NCBI GenBank assembly: GCA_964350935.1
Contig: CAYGLL010000001.1
Span: 38,090 to 102,089 of the forward strand
Origin: an uncultured Candidatus Saccharibacteria bacterium
Lineage (GTDB): Bacteria; Patescibacteriota; Minisyncoccia; Phycocordibacterales; CAYGLL01
Length of the DNA stretch: 64,000 nucleotides
Direction: 5' to 3'
Shown: positions 57,985 through 64,000 of the stretch, in pieces
How the letters are laid out: every line of letters starts with the position of its first letter
Position numbering within the stretch: position 1 is the stretch's first letter
The notes under the pieces: generated by a model
The model's database searches: none
Told to the model about the DNA's origin: nothing
What the model saw: the letters and a program-made list of their open reading frames with translations, nothing else
Made by a program: the position numbers and the translations under genes

Positions 57985-58343
57985 CACACCGTCTTTTTCG
58001 AATTTTCATTGGAATTGGGGTACTTGTACCACTTTTTGCTGCTGCTCAGATTACACCCTCAACAACCCCGACAACGTTTGCTGGTCTTGTGGGAATTTTC
58101 TTGAACATCATCAGTCTCCTTATTCCGCTTGTTGCGGGTCTTTCGTTCATTGTTTTTCTCTGGGGTCTTTCGCGCTTTATTATTTCAGCGGGGGATGAGA
58201 AAGCTCGCACGTCTGGAAAACAACTGATGATCTGGGGCGTTATTGCTTTTTTTGTCATGTCATCGGTGTGGGGGATCGTGATTGTGGTTGCAAATACCTT
58301 CGGTTTTCGGGTTCTTTTGCCACTCCTTCCAATTCCAGTTTAG
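57981..58343 (+). CDS. VirB2/TrbC-like T4SS pilin-family small protein, paralog 3
   Basis: Signal peptide ...AAAQ-I; core FLWGLSRFIISAGDEKARTSGKQLMIWGVIAFFVMSSVWGIV. Overlaps paralog 2 by 4 nt. Confidence 0.55.
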   Translation: MTHRLFRIFIGIGVLVPLFAAAQITPSTTPTTFAGLVGIFLNIISLLIPLVAGLSFIVFLWGLSRFIISAGDEKARTSGKQLMIWGVIAFFVMSSVWGIVIVVANTFGFRVLLPLLPIPV

Positions 58344-58361
58344 ACGCGGGTTTTAGAAAAT

Positions 58362-58724
58362 ATGAAAAATTCTTTTTTAAAGATAGCCGGACTCGGATCG
58401 CTGTTAGTGCCAGTGCAGGTTTTTGCCCAAATAACCCCATTTAACCCTGCGTGTATTAATGCCCGCGGGATAATCGTTTATCTCTGCGCATTGCTTAACG
58501 TAGTAAATTTAGCTATTCCTGTTGCCTTCGGCATCGGTGTCATCTGTTTTCTCTATTCAGCCATGAAATTTGTTATGAATGCTGAAAATGACAAGGAGCG
58601 CGATTCTGCGAAACAAAGCCTGCTCTGGGGAATTGTGGCACTTTTTGTTGGTTCTGCTCTCTGGGGATTGGTCCAAATTGTCGCGTATACGTTCAATGTG
58701 TATCAAGGCGGGACGATCTACTAA
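58362..58724 (+). CDS. VirB2/TrbC-like T4SS pilin-family small protein, paralog 4
   Basis: Signal peptide ...VFAQ-I; core FLYSAMKFVMNAENDKERDSAKQSLLWGIVALFVGSALWGLV. Confidence 0.55.
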   Translation: MKNSFLKIAGLGSLLVPVQVFAQITPFNPACINARGIIVYLCALLNVVNLAIPVAFGIGVICFLYSAMKFVMNAENDKERDSAKQSLLWGIVALFVGSALWGLVQIVAYTFNVYQGGTIY

Positions 58725-58850
58725 GGAGGAATTTGAGCCAATTTTTTATCCACAATAGGATTTTTGAGTTGTATAGAGAAGTGCTATCATTTTAAGCATA
58801 GTGAATATAAAAAAAGGTCGTTGATTTCATTAATTATTTAATTTATTTAG

Positions 58851-59252
58851 TTGATTATGAAAAAAATTTCAGCAAAACTTGCCATTCTCGGTGCAGCTTT
58901 GTTGCCGGTAATTGCATCTGCTCAGCTTACTACTGGTGGTGCAACTCCTAACTTTAGCTACGTAAACGGTGTTTTGAACGGAATTCGTGATGTTCTTGGT
59001 CTTTTGACCCCGATCATCTTTGCAATTGCGATCCTCTACTTCTTCTGGGGATTGGCAAAGTTCATCATGGCCGCTGGCGATGATGAGGCTCGCGCAACAG
59101 GAAAGAAGATCATGTTGTGGGGAATCGTCGGTATCTTCGTTATGACAGCAGTCTACGGTTTGGTACAAATTCTTGCTAACATTGTTGGTACCAACTCACA
59201 GGCTACGATTACGTTGCCCGCTATCCCTAATAGCACGGCTACATCACGTTAA
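58851..59252 (+). CDS. VirB2/TrbC-like T4SS pilin-family small protein, paralog 5
   Basis: Signal peptide ...ASAQ-L; core FFWGLAKFIMAAGDDEARATGKKIMLWGIVGIFVMTAVYGLV. Confidence 0.55.
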   Translation: MIMKKISAKLAILGAALLPVIASAQLTTGGATPNFSYVNGVLNGIRDVLGLLTPIIFAIAILYFFWGLAKFIMAAGDDEARATGKKIMLWGIVGIFVMTAVYGLVQILANIVGTNSQATITLPAIPNSTATSR

Positions 59253-59303
59253 ATTTAGCCTTGCCAGTACAACTTTCACTATTAACGACCTTTTAAGAGT
59301 AAA

Positions 59304-59570
59304 ATGAGCGTGTTGTTGAGAAAAATTGATCAATTTATTCTCAACCCGCTCATTTTGCTTGGTTTTGCAGTCGCACTTCTTTATTTTTTGTGGGGAATAT
59401 ACAAATTTCTTGCAAACAATGAGAGCGATGAGGAACGCGAGATTGGGAAACGCAATATGTTCTGGGGTATTATCGGAATGGCAATAATGGTGTCCGTTTT
59501 CGGAATCATCAATGTCATTCTCGGAACATTTGGGCTGACACCACCAACAATTCTTCAAGGTCTCATTTAA
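59304..59570 (+). CDS. VirB2/TrbC-like pilin-family protein, paralog 6 (core only, no signal peptide)
   Basis: 88 aa: FLWGIYKFLANNESDEEREIGKRNMFWGIIGMAIMVSVFGII. An in-frame stop upstream rules out a longer N-terminus. Confidence 0.45.
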   Translation: MSVLLRKIDQFILNPLILLGFAVALLYFLWGIYKFLANNESDEEREIGKRNMFWGIIGMAIMVSVFGIINVILGTFGLTPPTILQGLI

Positions 59571-59580
59571 GAGAAAGTTC

Positions 59581-59609
59581 AAAAAACGCCCACCGGGGCG
59601 TTTTTTGTT
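59581..59609 (+). terminator. Rho-independent terminator ending the pilin array
   Basis: AAAAAACGCCC-ACCG-GGGCGTTTTTT. Confidence 0.85.
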
Positions 59610-59623
59610 TGTTAAGTCGTTTT

Positions 59624-59662
59624 ATTAAAAGAAAAAGCGCCTCGCGAGTGACCGCGAGGCGC
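59624..59662 (-). terminator. Rho-independent terminator for the minus-strand NfeD-like/SPFH operon
   Basis: On the minus strand: GCGCCTCGCG-GTCACT-CGCGAGGCGC followed by TTTTTCTTTT. Confidence 0.8.
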
Positions 59663-59672
59663 TGTGTGCCGA

Positions 59673-60482
59673 TTAGATCGGCTTGAAACGAATCTTCATG
59701 GTGAGTCTCCGGCCGGGTTCCCCCGACATAAAACTCATGATTTCGTTTTTGCTTTCAAACCTTGTTACGGGCTTCAAAGCTTCTCCTTCGTCTGATTTCA
59801 CAACCTTCTCCACAACATCGCCGCCCGCTTTTCGGGTCACTTTGTAGACGACGCCTGGCCGTCCGCCAATTTCGTTGATCTTCACAAAGTAGATGGTGCC
59901 GTCAGGCTCATCCAGTGTGCCAATCAAGGACTCTCCCTCAGGAATGCTGACTGGATCGCTCCAGACACCGTACTCAAGGGAGAGTTTCAGAGGCTCTCTC
60001 GGATCCACTGTGCTGTAGGTTTTCGCCGTAGCAGCACGAGCAGTTGAGGGGAAATCGGGGATATTGAACGTACCCCGATTTCCCCAGTACGAGAGTACCA
60101 GCATCGTGAGTATAGCGGCCGAGAAGACCTTTCCCCACGACTTTCCATGCTGAACGAGAAGTATGCAGACGAGGAGCACGACCGGAGTCCACCAGAAGAG
60201 GTTCCCGATGGATTTCCAGGTTGTGAACCACGCCGGCTGAATCTCGTTCATAAGGAAGAGAAGTAGGCTGTACCCGACGATGAAGGCGAGGGTGGAGCCT
60301 AGTTTTGAGAACAGGCGTTTGATGCCCGCTCCGCTCACGGTGATCCAACCAAGCGATTGACGTATTCGTGCGCCGGCATAAATGCTGACGACGACGATGA
60401 GTCCGATGAGGAAGAGGCCGCCGAGTCCGAGAATGACTGCTCGGAAGAAGCTCGGGAGTGAATTAAACCATTCCATACTCAC
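59673..60482 (-). CDS. NfeD-like membrane protein (TM N-terminus plus C-terminal soluble beta-rich domain), partner of the upstream SPFH protein
   Basis: 269 aa with 4-5 N-terminal TM helices and a hydrophilic C-terminus; it overlaps the SPFH gene stop by 4 nt (operon). Confidence 0.4.
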   Translation of the reverse strand: MSMEWFNSLPSFFRAVILGLGGLFLIGLIVVVSIYAGARIRQSLGWITVSGAGIKRLFSKLGSTLAFIVGYSLLLFLMNEIQPAWFTTWKSIGNLFWWTPVVLLVCILLVQHGKSWGKVFSAAILTMLVLSYWGNRGTFNIPDFPSTARAATAKTYSTVDPREPLKLSLEYGVWSDPVSIPEGESLIGTLDEPDGTIYFVKINEIGGRPGVVYKVTRKAGGDVVEKVVKSDEGEALKPVTRFESKNEIMSFMSGEPGRRLTMKIRFKPI

Positions 60483-62131
60483 TTTCCTCCTTTCTTAGGA
60501 TCACCACCAGGCGGTTTTTCATCGGGCCGACTCACATCTTCACCAATTGTTGTGAGCTGACCACCAATTGCTCGGAGACCAGACAATTTTTCGAGTGCTT
60601 CGGCTTGGCGAATCAGAACCCCCAAGCGTCCGTGAGCGGCGATCGGTTCGTACTCAGCAGCAACCGCTTCTCTGCGGGCAAGTGCGATCCTCTTAATCTT
60701 CTTTCCTTCCTGCTCACCCTCGTACTCTTTAGTCAGAAGGTTCCCGTAGGTCCCTGTGGGATTCAAGGCGTGGATTTGAAGGAGGTTGATCTTCACACCA
60801 AACCGATTCTCGATTTCCTCGAGCCGTGTACGAATCCGTCGATCCTCCATGAGGATTTCCGGAGCAGTCACCGATTTGTCTTCCGCACCGGTCTGGAACA
60901 GTTGTTCAATGTCGTGCGCTCCAACAAATACTCGAAGGGTTGCCTCGAGCTGGCTGGTCATGGTTTCGAGCCATTTCTGGACCCTGAAGAGGGCATCTGG
61001 TGGCGTGATGACCTGCGTAGTGAGCGCGAGGTCAACATGCACCGGAATACCTTGTTTGGTCTCGACGTCTTCGAGGGTTGCCACATAGACGTCGGGTTGG
61101 ACCAGAATGTAGTCGAGATCTTTGAAGTTGGTTACCTTGGTCCGTTTGACGGGGCCCAGGGCTTCCTTACCCACTTCACGCACTGGTTCTGTTCCACGAT
61201 AGGCAACTTGTTCAAGTGAGGTCCACTCAAACTTATAGGTATGAACCGTGTAGAACGGAGGAATCCCAACCCAACGCAGACCCTTGATGAAGCCTAACAT
61301 TTTGATGGCCCAACTGTACCAGGGTTTCTGGAGGTTTTCAGGTCTCTCTTCTTCCCGGGCTTTCCAGAATCGAACGGCCGGTTTGAGCGTACCAAACTTT
61401 TTGGCATCGGTCGGGTGTGGATCGAAGTTCTGTTCCTCGCGATGACCTGTAGTTCCGGATCTGCAACTGTCCATCCGTACCCACTTGTCAGGTACAACCT
61501 GCCAGTCACGGATACGAACTTCGCGAAACTCCATCGTTGTTTTGGTGTCAGCGATGAATTTTCGAGTGAATCTGAAACGGACTGCAGGCCCACCCACAGT
61601 CACCGGATAAATGTCATCCGATTCGGGGATTTTCACCTCGAGTGTTTCTCCCATGCGAGCGAATTTGTGTCCGCCATAGGACATGATCATTCGGTGAAAC
61701 TGTCCGTTCCGCATGACTGCCTTTGCCTGACCTTCCTTCACAATGGTGAAGAAGAGGTTGCGAGGCGGACGAGAATCGTCTTTTGCCCGAGGACCTGCAA
61801 GCGAGTAGGCGATGAGCGCCACAAGAAGCATGTTTCCCAGAACGAGGGCGGCGATGACGAGTGTTGCCACTACGATTGTGGAAAGTGGCTGCAGGAGAAG
61901 TGTGTTCAGAAGACCACGAAGATAGCCGTTGAAGGCGAATCGGTCCAGAAGAACGATTGCCACGACGAGTAGTACTCCGATGATCCACGAACGATACTTT
62001 CTGAGCCAGCTCCAGTTCCGTCCACCACCGTTTTGATTGGTTGGTGTCAGGGGTGTGGGTGTCGGGGGCGGTCTTTGCGGACCCCCTCCCGAACTTCCTC
62101 CCGTAGGAGGTCGAGGTACGTCGATTTTCAT
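60479..62131 (-). CDS. SPFH/band-7 (stomatin/HflK-C-like) domain membrane protein with Pro/Gly-rich N-terminus
   Basis: N-terminal low-complexity region (PRPPTGGSSGGGPQRPPPTPTPLTP), a TM region, and a C-terminal SPFH-like block (...IPVHVDLALTTQVITPPDALFRV...LRVFVGAHDIEQLF...RIRTRLEEIENRFGVKINLLQIHALNP...) followed by a coiled coil. Confidence 0.6.
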   Translation of the reverse strand: MKIDVPRPPTGGSSGGGPQRPPPTPTPLTPTNQNGGGRNWSWLRKYRSWIIGVLLVVAIVLLDRFAFNGYLRGLLNTLLLQPLSTIVVATLVIAALVLGNMLLVALIAYSLAGPRAKDDSRPPRNLFFTIVKEGQAKAVMRNGQFHRMIMSYGGHKFARMGETLEVKIPESDDIYPVTVGGPAVRFRFTRKFIADTKTTMEFREVRIRDWQVVPDKWVRMDSCRSGTTGHREEQNFDPHPTDAKKFGTLKPAVRFWKAREEERPENLQKPWYSWAIKMLGFIKGLRWVGIPPFYTVHTYKFEWTSLEQVAYRGTEPVREVGKEALGPVKRTKVTNFKDLDYILVQPDVYVATLEDVETKQGIPVHVDLALTTQVITPPDALFRVQKWLETMTSQLEATLRVFVGAHDIEQLFQTGAEDKSVTAPEILMEDRRIRTRLEEIENRFGVKINLLQIHALNPTGTYGNLLTKEYEGEQEGKKIKRIALARREAVAAEYEPIAAHGRLGVLIRQAEALEKLSGLRAIGGQLTTIGEDVSRPDEKPPGGDPKKGGK

Positions 62132-62299
62132 AGGTTTGTTCTTTCGTCGGTATATGTTGTGTTCCGTGCCCTAAAAAGGGTTTGGGAACGTGGTTGTGTG
62201 TCAAAAATCTACGGCCTTCAACAAGACCGTTTTCTGTCGAGAATTCTATCACGAATTAACTATAAAGTCAATGACTTGAAATGGCCCTAAATAAGGCTT

Positions 62300-62980
62300 T
62301 TAGAGGGTCTTTCTCGAGAGAAACTCGAGGCGAAGTTTTATAAGAAAAAAGAGGTTCTTAAAGCCGTGTTTGATGGGCGAGAGTTTTGAAACACCGCCAC
62401 GGGGATGGTAGGGGATGTGGTATTCGGCAAAGGTTAAGTGGGGATGCTTTGCTACACGGATTTTAATCTCTTCAGAGACCGGCATGTCGTTACTTACGAG
62501 TTTGATCTGTGAGAGTACATCGCGTTTGAAAATCCACATTCCTGATTGTGAGTCCTTCAGTTTAAGACCGAAAATAATATTGGTCCAAAAAGTTAAAAAC
62601 CAATTTCCGAAAATGCGGGTGAATGACATCGACTTTTGTTCAAGAGGAAAACGGTTCGCGGAAATGAAGTCAAGTTTATTACGTTGAAGTTCGCTGAGGA
62701 TGGGGATTATTTTGTCGGCTGGGTACTGCCCGTCGCCGTCGAGCGTCACAATGTAGTCGCCTCGCGCGTTCATGATGCCGGTTTTCATAGCATATCCGTA
62801 CCCTTGTCTTTGCTCGAGAATCACAACAGCGCCGAGACTTGCGGCAATCTCCGCGGTTCTGTCGGTCGAATTATTGTCGACGACCACAATTTCATCTACC
62901 CCCTTAGGTAGCGAAGCGATGACTCCTTTGATCGAGACCTCTTCGTTGTAACAGGGAATGACGACAGAAAGTTTGTTCAT
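62300..62980 (-). CDS. GT2 glycosyltransferase (dolichyl-phosphate-sugar synthase-like, soluble form)
   Basis: LSVVIPCYNEE...VVVDNNSTD...VTLDGDGQYP (DxD) motifs. Confidence 0.8.
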   Translation of the reverse strand: MNKLSVVIPCYNEEVSIKGVIASLPKGVDEIVVVDNNSTDRTAEIAASLGAVVILEQRQGYGYAMKTGIMNARGDYIVTLDGDGQYPADKIIPILSELQRNKLDFISANRFPLEQKSMSFTRIFGNWFLTFWTNIIFGLKLKDSQSGMWIFKRDVLSQIKLVSNDMPVSEEIKIRVAKHPHLTFAEYHIPYHPRGGVSKLSPIKHGFKNLFFLIKLRLEFLSRKTL

Positions 62981-63093
62981 AGATGGATAGTTGAAGAGGG
63001 TTTCCGGAATCTTTCACCGGCAATGAGTATGTGTTAACGTAGGGTAGTATATCATCATTTCTGATCCGAAATGAGACCCAACGTTACCTCATT

Positions 63094-64000
63094 ATGAGCA
63101 GCGAAAAAAAAGTTTTAGAGTTGTCGAGGCCTTCTCACGTTGTCTCAGTTTTGGTTTTTCTCTTTTTTTTCTGTGTGTACCTTTCAATTCAGTTTTCGGG
63201 AATGCAGTTTTCTTCTACTGATGATCCTGCATATCACGTCGCTCATTCGTATGAATACGTTTCAGGTCAGAAGATTGATTTTCCGATTTTCTCGACATTG
63301 AATGATCGCCCGGTCGACATGTACGTAGGGTATCACTGGTTCGAGTCTCTTTTTATGAGGTTGTTTCCTGAAGGCGGTCCGCGATCAAAACTCGCGGGAG
63401 CAAAAGTGTATCACTCATTTTTAGCTGCACTTTTTTTTCTAGCCTTTTTTCTGGTGTTGCATGCGCTGATTCGTTACGGAAAACCCAGTCTTACCGAATC
63501 GTATGTAACCCGTTTTGCGATTGGGGCAAGCGCGTTTCTTTTTCTTGCTTCGACCATTTTTGCATATCGCATGTACCTCTATCGTCCGCACGTTGTTTCA
63601 GTTACGCTAGTTTTTTTGGTTTTCTACTACGCGCTTCGTGGTAAGAAGATGCCAATATTTTTGTTGTCTGCCGCCGCACCTTTTTTCTACTCGTTCTCGT
63701 TTATGGTTCTCATCCCGACGTTTTTATATGCCTTTGGTCGCGCCCTCTATTTCAAAGTAAAGTTGATAAGCCGTGAAAGTTTTACGCCGTTTCTTGTGTC
63801 GCTTGGTGGTTTGATTGTAGGGATTTTAGTGCGGCCTGATTCGTTCAACTACCTCTACAACGCCTACTATGTAAATTTGCGCTTGATGTTCAATCTCCTG
63901 GCTCGTATTGTTCCTGAAGCCGGAGAGCTCCATTATGCGACGTGGAACCCAAAGGATTTTATTCTGATTTTGCTCTTTATCATTATTTTCTTTTCCTATT
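63094..64000 (+). CDS. Partial integral membrane protein (multi-TM, GT-C/ArnT-like), truncated by the window end
   Basis: I translated by hand from ATG 63094: the frame stays open for more than 300 codons to position 64000, with repeated hydrophobic segments. It is absent from the ORF track because no stop falls inside the window. Confidence 0.5.
   Translation, partial: MSSEKKVLELSRPSHVVSVLVFLFFFCVYLSIQFSGMQFSSTDDPAYHVAHSYEYVSGQKIDFPIFSTLNDRPVDMYVGYHWFESLFMRLFPEGGPRSKLAGAKVYHSFLAALFFLAFFLVLHALIRYGKPSLTESYVTRFAIGASAFLFLASTIFAYRMYLYRPHVVSVTLVFLVFYYALRGKKMPIFLLSAAAPFFYSFSFMVLIPTFLYAFGRALYFKVKLISRESFTPFLVSLGGLIVGILVRPDSFNYLYNAYYVNLRLMFNLLARIVPEAGELHYATWNPKDFILILLFIIIFFSY

Noticed and set aside
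62311-62337. CTCGAG-AGAAA-CTCGAG hairpin resembling a terminator
   Set aside because: It lies inside the 3' coding end of the GT2 gene (62300-62980), is short, and has no U-tract, so it is probably a coding-sequence coincidence.
1-64000. Search for CRISPR arrays, tRNA/rRNA genes, IS elements or integrase genes
   Set aside because: I saw no direct-repeat/spacer periodicity, no tRNA-like cloverleaf segments (intergenic gaps are too short, and the long ones lack T-loop or anticodon-arm patterns), and no transposase or integrase-like ORFs. The GC-rich islands therefore lack recognisable mobility genes within this window.

Overview
The window is dense, mostly plus-strand coding DNA. Gene organisation and content (compact genes, a short four-domain ribosomal protein S1, an O-antigen-ligase/TPR fusion, and a tandem array of small VirB2/TrbC-like pilins) suggest a Candidate Phyla Radiation / Parcubacteria-like bacterium. 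That taxonomic assignment is an inference.

About 47 kb (roughly 29-47835) is one large cell-surface glycan biosynthesis locus. It contains:
- GT-C/ArnT-like and GT2 polyprenyl-phosphate glycosyltransferases, and AsnB.
- A dTDP-deoxysugar branch: RmlA, RmlB, an RmlC/FdtA-like cupin, an RmlD-like reductase, a DegT-type aminotransferase and a TylC3-type sugar C-methyltransferase.
- Two paralogous nonulosonic-acid branches: two NeuB-like synthases (one fused to a cupin), two NeuA-like CMP-transferases and a hydrolysing UDP-GlcNAc 2-epimerase.
- Three paralogous TagB/TagF-like glycerophosphotransferase-family proteins.
- A GC-rich, stand-alone SQD1/SqdB-like UDP-sulfoquinovose synthase gene.
- At least eight class I SAM methyltransferases, including a tandem Zn-ribbon pair.
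- A Wzx-type flippase plus a flippase-like membrane protein, two DMT transporters, a sugar kinase/phosphatase/oxidoreductase module, and a Wzy-like ligase fused to TPR repeats.

Downstream are housekeeping genes (a DHH/NrnA-like phosphoesterase, rpsA, an MBL-fold protein, gyrA, a substrate-binding protein). These are followed by six tandem small signal-peptide proteins of the T4SS (VirB2/TrbC-like) pilin type, a convergent SPFH/band-7 plus NfeD-like membrane pair, another GT2, and a partial membrane-protein gene running off the window end.

I found no tRNA, rRNA or CRISPR array. Non-coding signals include many strong intrinsic terminators and a recurring extended -35 promoter motif, CTATTG(A/T)CA, seen five times in the glycan locus. 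There is also an orphan promoter-to-terminator unit that looks like an ~75-nt small RNA, a 44-nt perfect palindrome, and a 265-bp structured non-coding gap between convergent genes.
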